Assembly: GCA_964016885.1 (NCBI GenBank)
Contig: OZ024741.1
Span: forward strand, 309,380,001-309,444,000
Length of the DNA: 64,000 bases
Direction of reading: 5' to 3'
Source of the DNA: Eledone cirrhosa
Taxonomy: Eukaryota
This document shows positions 42,720 through 54,380 of this stretch, one piece after another; positions within the stretch are counted from its first letter, which is position 1; each line of letters starts with the position of its first letter. The notes below the pieces were generated by a model that saw only the letters and a list, made by a program, of their open reading frames with translations, was not told the origin of the DNA and searched no databases. The position numbers and the translations under genes are program-made.

Positions 42720-43499
42720 TGTCTGTACATATGTATGTGTATGTATGTATGTTTGTATATATGTATATATGTATATGCATATATGTATCTGAGTATCTAT
42801 GTGTGTATGTATGTATATATGTATGTATGTATGTATATTTGTATATATGTATATATGTATATATGTATATATGTATGTGTATATATATATCTGTGCGTCT
42901 ATATGTGTATGTATGTATATGTGTATGTATGTATATATGTAAATATGTATGTGCATATATGTATCTGTGTGTGTATGTGTGTATGTATGTGTGTATGTAT
43001 GTATGTATATGTGTATGTATATATATATGTGTATGTATATATGTATGTATGTATATATGTATGTATGTACGTATATATGTATGTATGTATATATGTATGT
43101 ATGTGTGTATGTGTGTGTGTATGTATGTATATGTGTATGTATATATGTATGTGTGTGTGTATGTGTGTGTGTATGTATGTATGCATGTATATAAGTGTGT
43201 ATGAATGAGTCTGTGTATATATGTATGCATATATGTGTGTATATATGAATGTATGTATGTGCATCTATGTATGTGTGTTTGTATGCATGGTTATTTATGT
43301 ATATATATATATATATGTATGTATGAATACAGCCATGTATGCATGCATGCAGCCATGTAAGTATTATGTGTATATTTCTAAGAATGTATATATGTATATG
43401 GATGGATGGGTGGACGGATATATACATGTATGTGTGTATGCATGTATGTGTGTATGTATATATGTCGGTGTGTATGTATGTATGTATATATATATATAT
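42720..43499. repeat. (TATG/TA/TG)n degenerate microsatellite
   Basis: Seen directly. Confidence 0.95.
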
Positions 43500-43500
43500 C

Positions 43501-44037
43501 TCAGGTCACCAGTTGGTGCTACTGGTAACATGTATCCCACTACAACCTGTCTCATGGTCGGGGCGTTGGCGACTAAACTGGCAACCCCACCAAAGGGGCT
43601 CTTAAGAGTCAATAGCCATCCAAAATCACTAGGAGAGATGACCCCTTAGCCTTTGTCAAGGCAGAATTCTAGGAGAAGGAAAACTCTGATATAACACCTG
43701 CAACCCTGATGGTATCCAATGATGTTGACTTGTTCTTCTTTTTGGTAAATATCATCTTGGTTAAGAGAGTGGGACTGGCTTTGTGCAGTGCCTTTGCTCA
43801 CTATAAAAGCTTCACGGCACAAGCATTGCTTTATATCTGGAGATCTCTCTGCACTTGTCGTCACATGGTACCATGGGCCCAGCACTATGTATCAATAATA
43901 GTCACAAGTGTAGTGTTTGTACCAGAGTTTTCAAGTCACTGGCTGGACTAAAAAGTCACACTCGTTCAGCGCATCTGTATGGGTTCTCCTACATTGATAT
44001 AAAGTAATGGCCGTACTCGAAAACGAGTTGGCAGCCA

Positions 44038-44040
<3 letters not shown>
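43501..44040 (+). mobile_element. Non-autonomous interspersed repeat (family B, RTE 5'-UTR-like head)
   Basis: Homologous to the reverse complement of 60545-61020 (tcaggtc...gctactggtaacatg...acctgtctcatggtcgg...ggcgactaaac...caacccc...agtcaaYRgccatccaaaa) and to 44261-44867. It ends gcagccaYc followed by a TA/TATG tail. The RTE affinity is an inference. Confidence 0.75.
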
Positions 44041-44120
<80 letters not shown>

Positions 44121-44182
44121 CATATTTTAGTAAGTTAATTTTATAATTTTCTTATCTTACGTCTCTTATATATATATGTATG

Positions 44183-44225
<43 letters not shown>

Positions 44226-44260
44226 GTGTGTATGTTTTATGTCGGAGTCATCCCAGTTTC

Positions 44261-44867
44261 CTGAGTTGCCTTCTCCTAGAAGAGTGCCCTGACTCCCAGT
44301 GGTTTAACCGCGCGATCGGGTATCCAGCCCGACTATTTCTATGTTCCTGCGCATATACATACACATACATATGTCCATGTGTATATACATATTTACACAT
44401 TTTTGGATGGCCGTTGACTCTTATGAGTTCTTCCGCCCTTTGTCATAAAACCTGCGACTCAGTAGTTACCGATGATGTTGATCTTTTCTTCTTTTCGGGT
44501 TATAGCTACTGTCGCTCAGAGAGTGGGATTGGCTCAGTGCACAGTCTTTCCTCACTTTAAAGAAATATTTGCGCACAGGCATTGCACGATAGAATTAATT
44601 AAGTGTTTCTACTTTTTGGCACAAGGCCAGCAATTATCCAGTGCATTACTGGTACTTTATTTTATCGACCCCGTAAGGATGAAAGGCAAAGTTAACCTTG
44701 GCGGGATTCGAACTCAGAATGGCAAGGGCCGTAACTCTATGCGTCAAAGCATAGCGTCCGACCCTCTACGGATACTGCTAATCCACCGCACGATAGAATT
44801 AATTAATAATTACTAATAAGAGTATATCGTGCAATGGCCATACTCGATAACGAGGGGGCAGCCATCA
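44261..44867 (+). mobile_element. Family B copy with inverted 5' segment, interrupted by a SINE
   Basis: 44261-44445 is the reverse complement of the family head. 44446 onward (taaaacctgc...gatgatgttga...gcagccatc) is in forward orientation. Confidence 0.7.
44603..44789 (-). mobile_element. SINE family A with 19-bp target-site duplication
   Basis: Full-length reverse-complement copy. GCACGATAGAATTAATTAA occurs at 44584-44602 and 44788-44806. Confidence 0.9.
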
Positions 44868-45057
44868 TGTATGTATGTATGTGTGTGTTATCCACCAAGC
44901 TATCGATATTCAATGCTGTCAAAGAAGATAGCACCACCATTGCTATCAAATGCTAAATAATTATCAATTTATTTTCTAATTAATTTTTATCGATCACGAA
45001 AACCTCTTCGGAGACTCTTTTGTTTTTGTTTATTTCTATTTCTTTATTTTTTTTTGT

Positions 45058-45312
45058 TGATGGTGATGGTGACGGTGATGGTGATGATAATGGTGATGGT
45101 GTCTTGGTGTTGTTGTCGATTTTAGTGATGGTGATGGTGATGGGATGATGTATTGGTGTTGTTGTCGATTTTAGTGATGGTGATGGTGATGGTGATGGGA
45201 ATGATGTCTTAGTATTGTTATCGATTTCAGTGATGGTGATGGTGATGGTATTTTGCTGTTGTTGTTATTGGTATTAGTGACGGTGATGGTGTTTTGTTGT
45301 TGTTGTTGTTTT
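45058..45312. repeat. (GGTGAT)n/(GTT)n degenerate repeat with ~50-bp internal duplications
   Basis: Seen directly (ttggtgttgttgtcgattttagtgatggtgatggtgatg occurs twice). Confidence 0.8.
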
Positions 45313-45494
45313 ATAGTATATTGACTTCGATATAGCCAAGCCCCAATATGCATCACCATTTATCTACCTATCTCTATCTGTCCCTCTTTCACTTTGTCTC
45401 TCTCGCTGTTTATCTACCTGTCTACCTTTTTTTACTACGAGTGACTCAGTTGGTGACTAATTTCTCAAAAAGCAGTCTTGGTAATTCGGCATAT

Positions 45495-45576
45495 ATTGTT
45501 TCTGAGGAAGACGGTCGGATTGATCAGGGATTTCGAAACTAGAAACAGGTAGCCTCTGAAACGACCGTAAAACAAT
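45495..45576 (+). ncRNA. Minimal type I hammerhead ribozyme motif (HHR-A)
   Basis: Stem I ATTGTTT(45495)/AAACAAT(45570); core CTGAGGA(45502); stem II AGA...TCT (weak, long loop); GAAA(45558); minimal stem III CG-AC-CG; GTA cleavage triplet ending 45569. Confidence 0.65.
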
Positions 45577-45720
45577 GAACTAATTCAATATCTATCACCC
45601 GCTTCTGAGAGAAGCGGGCGAAACTCTAGAGAACAAGACTCACTATTTAGCCTTAATAAAATGAATATTTATACTCTACTTCGGTACTGAGTACTCTTTT
45701 CTCTCGGTTGTCAACTACAT

Positions 45721-45773
<53 letters not shown>

Positions 45774-45947
45774 ATGTTCCTACACGCACAAGGCGCTAAG
45801 GGACACATGTATTGTCCAACCATATGCCAATGTGGTTCAATGGCAGGTTAATAAATTAACAAGCCAGAACATATATAATCAAGGTTTAGCAAATAAGGAA
45901 AAAGTTTCAAAATAAATTTTAAAAAATTAACTTTACTTACTATAGTT

Positions 45948-46031
45948 ACCTTTACCGAATCGGTTTCGAATCTCAAAAATAAACGGAGACCATACGGCCT
46001 TCGTTGCAAAGAAAGATTCTCGTCAGAAGGT
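45948..46031 (-). ncRNA. Minimal type I hammerhead ribozyme motif (HHR-B, minus-strand copy)
   Basis: Reverse complement of 46245-46328 with an intact core. Confidence 0.8.
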
Positions 46032-46244
46032 TCTTTTCATTCAAAGAATATAAAATTCTTGAATTTAAATTACGAACTAGCGCTATCCAAAACTGTTCCC
46101 GAGATGAGAGTAAATGAAGTGGAATCAATTTTTGCCCTTGAAAAAAATTGATTCCACTTCATTTATTCTCATCTCGGGAACAGTTTGGGATAGCGCTAGT
46201 TCGTAATTTAAATTCAAGAATTTTATATTCTTTGAATGAAAAGA

Positions 46245-46328
46245 ACCTTCTGACGAGAATCTTTCTTTGCAACGAAGGCCGTATGGACTCCGTTTATTTT
46301 TGAGATTCGAAACCGATTCGGTAAAGGT
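46245..46328 (+). ncRNA. Minimal type I hammerhead ribozyme motif (HHR-B)
   Basis: Stem I ACCTT/AAGGT; core CTGACGA(46250); stem II GAATCT(46257)/AGATTC(46303); GAAA(46309); stem III CCG-ATT-CGG; GTA cleavage triplet ending 46323. Confidence 0.85.
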
Positions 46329-46403
46329 AACTATAGTAAGTTAAGTTAATTTTTTTTTATTTATTTTGAAACTTTTTCCTTATTTGCTAAACCTTGATTA
46401 TAT

Positions 46404-46405
<2 letters not shown>

Positions 46406-46470
<65 letters not shown>
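46406..46470. repeat. (GATA)n microsatellite between the two palindromes
   Basis: Seen directly. Confidence 0.95.
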
Positions 46471-46473
<3 letters not shown>

Positions 46474-46586
46474 GAGATTCTACAGGACTAGAACTGTTTC
46501 ATTCTTTAGAAATCATCAGGAATCTCTGGGATTCCTGATGATTTCTAAAGAATGAAACAGTTCTAGTCCTGTAGAATCTCATCTAT
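46468..46586. repeat. Perfect fold-back palindrome, ~57-bp arms, 5-nt spacer TCTGG; carries a hammerhead on each strand
   Basis: atagatgagattctacagg...catcaggaatc / gattcctgatg...cctgtagaatctcatctat. Confidence 0.9.
46530..46578 (+). ncRNA. Minimal type I hammerhead ribozyme motif (HHR-C); mirror copy on the minus strand at 46476-46524
   Basis: Stem I GATTC/GAATC; core CTGATGA(46535); short stem II TTC-TAAA-GAA closed by a U.U pair; GAAA(46554); stem III CAG-N8-CTG; GTA cleavage triplet ending 46573. Confidence 0.75.
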
Positions 46587-46662
46587 ATTAAAACTGTTAT
46601 ACTCTGCAATGTATTGAGTACCTTACTTACTGTGGTTACCTCCGACTCAACCCGGAATAACG

Positions 46663-46694
<32 letters not shown>

Positions 46695-46984
46695 TACATA
46701 CATATGTATATATATAATTAACACTACTATTACTACTATTACTACTATTACATCAATTACCACTGCTGCTATGCCTCTCTGGTGGCCCGAGAAAACATTT
46801 TGGTGGTCTGCAGAAAAATTTGGATATTATTTGCAATTTCTATGTTTGTTAATAATAAAACAAAAATAATATTCAGTTAAAATATATTTTATAACACCCC
46901 TAAAAATGTTTCTCTTTGCCCCGAAGCATAGTGTCCGACGGTCTACCGATACTGCCAATCCACCGCCATTTATAATAATATAAT

Positions 46985-47225
46985 TGTTTCTACTTCTGGC
47001 ACAAGGCCAGCAATTACAGTGCATTACTGGTACTTTTGGCACAAGGCCAGCAATTACAGTGCATTACTGGTACTTTATTTTATCGACCCCGTAAGGATGA
47101 AAGGCAAAGTTAATCTCGGCGGGGTTTGAACTCAGAATGGCAATGGCCGTAACTCTATGCTAGAAAGCAGGGTGTCCGACCCTCTACCGATACTGCCAAT
47201 CCACCGGTACTGCCAATCTACGGCC
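46985..47225 (-). mobile_element. SINE family A with internal ~41-bp tandem duplication and ~20-bp TSD, next to a SINE head fragment (46920-46967)
   Basis: Reverse-complement SINE. tggcacaaggccagcaattacagtgcattactggtacttt occurs twice. GCCATTTATAATAATATAAT is at 46965-46984 and 47223-47242. Confidence 0.85.
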
Positions 47226-47444
47226 ATTTATAATAATATAATAAATAACAGGCATGAATGAAATTTCCGTTCTCCTAGTAACTCTGGTCCATATCAATTG
47301 AATGTAGTATTCTCCCTCCTTATCATCTACCACACATACTCTAATCACTTACCACACACCACACTCCCTCATCACTAACTCTTAACCATTTCAGTAAAAC
47401 AACACTACAACACTGAGCCAGGACCTCGACGCTGCACCAAAACG

Positions 47445-47815
47445 CTACCACCACCAACACCACCACCACTACCAACACTACTACCACTACCGGCACCAAC
47501 ACCACCACAACTGCAACCGCCACAACCACCACCGCCACAACCACTACAATCACAACCACTACAACCACAACCACTACAACCACTACCACTCCAACCACTA
47601 CCACCACAAACACCACTAACACAACCACTACAGCCACAACCACTACCGCCACAACCACCACAAACACCACCGCCACAAATACCTTTGCTACTACTCGAAC
47701 AACTGTCGCCATCACCACCACTAGTACTCGACCAACTACCACCATCACCACCACAACCCCCACCACTGCTAGCACCACCACCATGACCACCACCACCACT
47801 ATCACCACCACCGCA
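47445..47815. repeat. (ACC/ACT/ACA)n degenerate trinucleotide repeat
   Basis: Seen directly. Confidence 0.9.
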
Positions 47816-48056
47816 TATATTCATAAAGTATTAAAATAATGAATATTATTAGGAAAAAATAGGGATCCGATATTTACGGGCGTTGGGGTCAGAAACTGAC
47901 ACAGACTGTTGTATACTGTCATTCAGCTAGCTCTGGATCCACCCATTCACGCCCATCCCTGCACAACAGAGTTTTCTACTCTCTGCTATTATTATGTAAG
48001 TGAATCTGTGTATTGTTTCTGTGTATATATTCATAATGGCGTTGTGAACATATATA

Positions 48057-48252
<196 letters not shown>

Positions 48253-48432
48253 AACATAAAATATCATAGTATTCAAAACAGTCAAGCTTTAAACTGAATG
48301 AGTACTCAATACTTGTGGGTAGAGTGTAGAAATTTATTTTATAAGTAAAAACATCGCAGTGACTTCGAAGTTTCATCGCTCTCTCTCGCTCTATGCGTAT
48401 ATATATATGTGTGTATATATATATATATATGA

Positions 48433-48533
<101 letters not shown>

Positions 48534-49059
48534 ATTACTCCTTCATCAGAGATCTTCCAACTTTCATTGGTATTTCATCCATCGCTTTAAAAATCATACA
48601 CCTCTTGTTGATGCGAGCAATAATAAATAAAGTTATTGGGACAAGTAAAATAGGGTGAAACGAGCGAGACATGTGAACAAACAACGATGGTATGGCAACG
48701 GAAAGATAGGAAGAGACAAGCACATGAAATCTGTAAGCTTAAGCTTGGTGAATTCATGGGCGAGAGATACAGACAATCCGACATGGGTGAGATGTGAGCG
48801 AGAAAAGGATTTCACACAGGTCAAACGGGAGGAAGTGAGAGAGGGGAGAAGCAGAGAGTGAGTGAGTGGAAGTGTGAGGAAGAGACCAGTCGAGAGAGAG
48901 TGTGACTGGCAGAGGGGGTAAAAAGAGGAGAGAGATACAGAGAGAGGGGAAGCAGTAAGAAAGAAACAGACAATCGCAGCTGAGGAAAAAATATAAATAT
49001 AAGAAAAATGGAGCGCTGCGTGGTTGCACATGGGTTACATATGAATAAAATTAGTCCTT

Positions 49060-49118
<59 letters not shown>

Positions 49119-49177
49119 GTGAGGTTATTTTTACAAAATGAAAAATAACCGAGGTGTCCTATACGAGTGAAAGTATA

Positions 49178-49499
<322 letters not shown>

Positions 49500-49636
49500 A
49501 TATATAATTTGTTGGAAATTCAACAAATATAACTGATTCAGAGCACTCGACAGCTTTTTTGAGTAAATATTCAATGATATTAAATAAATGGAAACTAAAT
49601 TTATAAAACCATATTTATTATATTATATATATTTCA

Positions 49637-49822
49637 GGCGGTGGATTGGCAGTATCGGTAGAGGGTCGGACGCCATGCTTTGACGCATTGAGTTACGGCG
49701 CTTGCCATTCTGAGTTCAAATCCGGCCGAGGTTATCTTTGCCTTTCATCCTTACGGGGTCAATAAAATAAAGTACCAGTAATACACTGGGTAATTGCTGG
49801 CTCTGTGCCAAAAGTAGAAATA
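49637..49822 (+). mobile_element. SINE family A with 20-bp target-site duplication
   Basis: Full-length copy. ATTATATTATATATATTTCA occurs at 49617-49636 and 49823-49842. Confidence 0.92.
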
Positions 49823-49999
49823 ATTATATTATATATATTTCAAGGTACCAAAAACTTTGGTACGCTTTCATCAGATAAAATACAAAGAGTGTTTTATAAA
49901 TTTTGACATAGCCAAGGAAAACATACCTTATCAGTTGAATTTTCCTTGGGTATATATATATATATATACATATCCATATACACATATATACATATACAT

Positions 50000-50051
<52 letters not shown>

Positions 50052-50426
50052 GAAAACGAAAAATCAGTGATGCATCTGAACTCAATTTATTGTGTGTTAC
50101 AATTGTTTCGCCGGCGAACAGCTCGAGACGTGATCATTGTGTGGATCTGTCTGATTCTGGACCCGCAGATTCAACGGACACGTCTAATGATTTCGGAGCA
50201 TATTCTCTCATATATAGATATATAAATATTAAAATACAAATATTAATAAAATAGATGTTTTTTTGATCAATTACATTTTATTATACATATTTCAGATGTA
50301 CAACAGTACGTCCGCATCAGACAAAATATAATGATACATGACATACCCTGAGATGTTAAATGGTTAAGATTTAATCAAGGTAGTAAAACTCATTCTTTGA
50401 TATACTCATTGAATCTTGTTTAACTC

Positions 50427-50496
<70 letters not shown>

Positions 50497-50599
50497 CTTA
50501 TATATATTTTTTTTTCCTTAAAGAAGGTGCATAATTTATTTCAGAAGAGAGAATTAATTCTACAGGACTAGCGCCGAAATTACAATCTAGAGATGAGGA

Positions 50600-51718
50600 T
50601 CAACAAATCCATTCTTTTCCCGCCTCAATATTATTGCATTTGTGCCAAAGCGGGAACTTGTTATTATTACTTTTATTGTTGTCAGGGCGGTGGATTGGTA
50701 GAAGCGGCATAGGGTTACGGTCCTTCACATTCTGAGTTCAAATCTCGCCGAGGTTAACTTTGCCTTTCATCCTTACGGAGTCGATAAAATAAAGTAGCGG
50801 TAATACACTGGGATCGATTTAATCAACTTTCCCTTTCCCCAAAATGTGTTGGCCTTGTGCCTAAATCAGAAACCATTATTACTTGCAGCACAGTTACATC
50901 CCTTTATGGACTGAGTTCAAATCCCGCCGAGGTTAACTTTGCCTTTCATCCTTACGGGGTCGATAAAATAAAGTACCAGTAATGTACTGGGTAATTGCTG
51001 GCCTTGTGCCTAAAGTAGAAACAATTATTACTTTTATTGTTGATTGGCAGTGTCGTTAGGGAGTCGAAGAAAAACTTTGCGCATTTAGTTCCGGCTCTTT
51101 GTGTTCTGAGTTCAAATCCTGCCGAAGTCAACCTCACTTTCATCCTTCTGAGGTCGGTCAAGTGATTGATTTAATCGACTTTCCCCTTCCCCAAAAACTG
51201 ACTCGCCTTGTGTCTAAATTAAAAACCAATATTATTATTATTATTATCTTCATCTTCAAGGGCGGTGGATTGGTAGAATTGGTAGAGCGTCGGACAACAT
51301 GCTTCGCGGCAGAGAGTTATGGGCCTTTACATTCTGAGTTCAAATCCTGCCATGGTTAGCTTTCCTTTCACCCTTATGGGGTCGATAAAATAAAGCACCA
51401 TTTATGCGGCCATTTAACTTCCTCCTCTCCTTCAAATTGCTGGCCTTGTGCCTAAAGTAGAAACAATTATTATCATCTTCATCTTCGAGGGTGGTGGATT
51501 GGCAGAATCGGTAGAGCGTCGGACAAATGCTTTGTGGCATCGAGTTACGACCTTTTACGTTCTTAGTGTAAATCCCGCCGAGGTTAACTTTGCCTTTCAT
51601 CCTTACATGGTAGATAAAATAAAGCACCAATAATGCACTGGTGTCGATCTAATCAATTTCTCCCCTCAATCGATTTCTCCCTACTATAGGCCTTGTGCCT
51701 ATAGTAGAAATCATTATT
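50600..51718 (+). mobile_element. Head-to-tail cluster of about six SINE family A copies or fragments
   Basis: Heads ggcggtggattgg at ~50686, ~51261 and ~51489. B-boxes (gagttcaaatc or variant) at ~50734, 50913, 51108, 51336 and 51566. Each copy ends gccttgtgYctaaa + (ATT)n. Confidence 0.88.
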
Positions 51719-51924
51719 ATCATCTTCATCATCATTATCGTTGTCATCATCATCATCTTCGGTACTGTTGTGTGTTACTGTTATTTTTTTCTTTAATAAC
51801 TCACAAACTATTCATTGCTGCAAAAACTCAACTCACTGAACGCTATCACTTAATAGACTTCACTTACGTAACCAATATACTCCATAGCAAGCTTCTACAC
51901 ACAAAATCACATACACATATATAC

Positions 51925-52186
51925 ATACACACCTGTGTTCACTTAAAATACACATAAACACAGACGCAACCATACTCATATATACACCCTAGTTCACTTA
52001 AAATATACACACACATAGACGCAATCATACATATATATATACACACCCTAGTTCACTTAAAATATACACACACATAGACGCAATCATACATATATATATA
52101 CACACGCTAGTTCACTTAAAATATACACACACATAGACGCAATCATACATATATATATATACACACACCCTAGTTCACTTAAAATA
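51925..52186. repeat. ~57-60 bp minisatellite, about 4.5 copies (core CCTAGTTCACTTAAAATATACACACACATAGACGCAATCATAC)
   Basis: gttcacttaaaata recurs five times between ~51937 and 52186. Confidence 0.9.
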
Positions 52187-52706
52187 GAGATATTCACACA
52201 AACACGCACACATGAACGTGCATGGAAAATCACAAACATAAACAAATATACGAACAGTGAATTTAATTTCTATTTCTAATGGCTATTTATTGCTTTATTT
52301 TGGGGGGTTTTTTTAGTGTTTTTTTTTTCTTCGTTTCTCTTTTCTTATTCTTTTTTTCTTTTTTTTTTTTTTTTTTCAAGCTTTCAACTTAGGTTTCTAT
52401 AAAGTGTTACAGTAGTCTGCAAGTGCATAGTGAAGCGCCTAGATAAACAAGTGGATGTCTGTATATCTAATGTAATAAAAAGCATGATGGCAGAGACAGA
52501 CTGAAGAAAGTGTGGAATGCATTTATTTGTTCAATGCCCGACACGCTACATTTCAGTGAACTGAAATGTACTGACATATGGCAGCAATCTCATTGAAATT
52601 TTTCGAGAAAAAAAAAGCTGTCCGTTATTTACTGCCGTATACATAGAAACATTGAAACAGTTGTATTTACTTAAGCACACACACACACATACACACACAC
52701 TCACAT

Positions 52707-52744
<38 letters not shown>

Positions 52745-52894
52745 GCACATACACACATGCACATACACACAAGCACATGCACATACACACACACACACAC
52801 ATGATCTTGTACGGGTGGGCTGTATCAATGGCGTTCTCTGAAAATGAAGAGAAAATGGAGAAATTGGAGTAGCTAACTAGCCAGTTGCCTAGAT

Positions 52895-52967
<73 letters not shown>

Positions 52968-53440
52968 TTTCTTTATTTGCCACAAGGGGGCACAAGAAAA
53001 ATGGACAATACAAAGACATATGGCGGGAATTTTACATACAGTCGTGTAAAAAAAAGGTTTTAACATGAAAATATAACAATCCAAAATCTCCAATACGGTG
53101 GAGGCGTTACAAATAGGTTTTTTTATACCCCGTAGATAGAACAACCCTCAACTCCAGGAACATGTTGTGCAAGTGCTCCTTTCTTCTTCCTTTTGCTCTC
53201 TTCTTTAACCTACAGGTTTATATACAAAGAAGGCCCAATCTCTCGGGCCATTGACGCCAGATTCACCCACCTTTCAGTAAATTTACAGGGATGCAGTACC
53301 TCTCTCTCCACCCTGATTTTCCTTCTAAAGTGGTACCTAAAGAAGGGAATGAGCTATTGTCCGGAGAGAAAGGCATCTGTTCTTAGTCCTCTCAACCTTG
53401 TTCACCATATAACCTCTTTCACCATAACCACTATACAGAG
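52968..53440 (-). pseudogene. 5'-truncated, decayed copy of a related Tx1-like LINE (ORF2 C-terminus + 3' UTR)
   Basis: Minus strand reads LCIVVMVKEVIW*TRLRGLRTDAFLSGQ*LIPFFRYHFRRKIRVEREVLHPCKFTERWVNLASMAREIGPSLYINL*, collinear with the last ~76 aa of ORF 8..1849. It has the same GTGGCAAATAAAGAAA terminus. Confidence 0.92.
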
Positions 53441-53579
53441 GATAGATAGATAGAGAAGGAGATATAATGGATGAGTGGGACAGAGAAGCACATAGAGAGA
53501 GAGAGAAATAGTCATTCAGGAAAGATGAAACAATTAGAGATATAAAATATGGATGTGGCAACAAAAACACGCAAACGCG

Positions 53580-53583
<4 letters not shown>

Positions 53584-53637
<54 letters not shown>

Positions 53638-53642
53638 CGTGC

Positions 53643-53694
<52 letters not shown>

Positions 53695-53709
53695 ATGTGT
53701 GTGTGTGTG

Positions 53710-53748
<39 letters not shown>

Positions 53749-53749
53749 G

Positions 53750-53790
<41 letters not shown>

Positions 53791-53809
53791 GTGTGTGCGT
53801 GTGTGTGTG

Positions 53810-53848
<39 letters not shown>

Positions 53849-53856
53849 GTGTGTGC

Positions 53857-53890
<34 letters not shown>

Positions 53891-53962
53891 GTGTGTGTGC
53901 ATGTGCGTGTGTGAGTGTGTGTGCGTGTGTGCGTGAGTGCGTGTGTGTATGCGTGTGTGTGT

Positions 53963-54007
<45 letters not shown>

Positions 54008-54010
54008 CGT
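53584..54010. repeat. (TG)n microsatellite with CG interruptions
   Basis: Seen directly. Confidence 0.97.
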
Positions 54011-54127
54011 CGTAACTCTCAAATAAGTGGAAGAGGTATCCAAATATAAAAATCTGGAAATAAAGATAACCAGAAAGTAGTTATTCAAAACAGACAATCT
54101 TGCTAGTAAGAGTTTTTATTTTTAACA

Positions 54128-54320
54128 TAAGGCCAGTGGATTTGAGCGAAAGTGGGGAAAGTCGAGGAAATTGACCCAGTACTTCATTGGTACTTTATTT
54201 TATCAACCTTAGAAGATAAAGTCGACCTCGGTGGAATTTGAACTCAGGGATTAAAGAGCCGGAACAAATACTGCTAAGCATTTGTTCAACGTTCTTACGA
54301 CTCAGCCAATTCATCGCCCT
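54128..54320 (-). mobile_element. Diverged SINE of family A type
   Basis: ggtactttattttatcaacc...gtcgacctcggtggaatttgaactcag...gccaattcatcgcc is the reverse complement of the SINE body and head. Confidence 0.8.
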
Positions 54321-54380
54321 GCAATCTTACTAATAATGGGTGTTTATGGATAAAGGTGGTTAAGCACACGGGGAAATTGA

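Larger units (their letters stand above)
45871..46405. repeat. Near-perfect fold-back palindrome, ~263-bp arms, 9-nt spacer (46134-46142); probable Penelope-like terminal repeat
   Basis: Arms are reverse complements from atatataatcaaggtttagc to gctaaaccttgattatatat, with only a handful of mismatches. Confidence 0.9.

Noticed and set aside
45597-45632. Hairpin CCCGCTTCT-GAG-AGAAGCGGG followed by CGAAACTCTAGAG as a fourth hammerhead
   Set aside because: The core reads CTGAGAG rather than CTGAnGA, and there is no UH cleavage site or stem I.
52385-52665. Unique non-repetitive island as a possible exon or enhancer
   Set aside because: No recognisable ORF or motif; cannot be supported without conservation or expression data.
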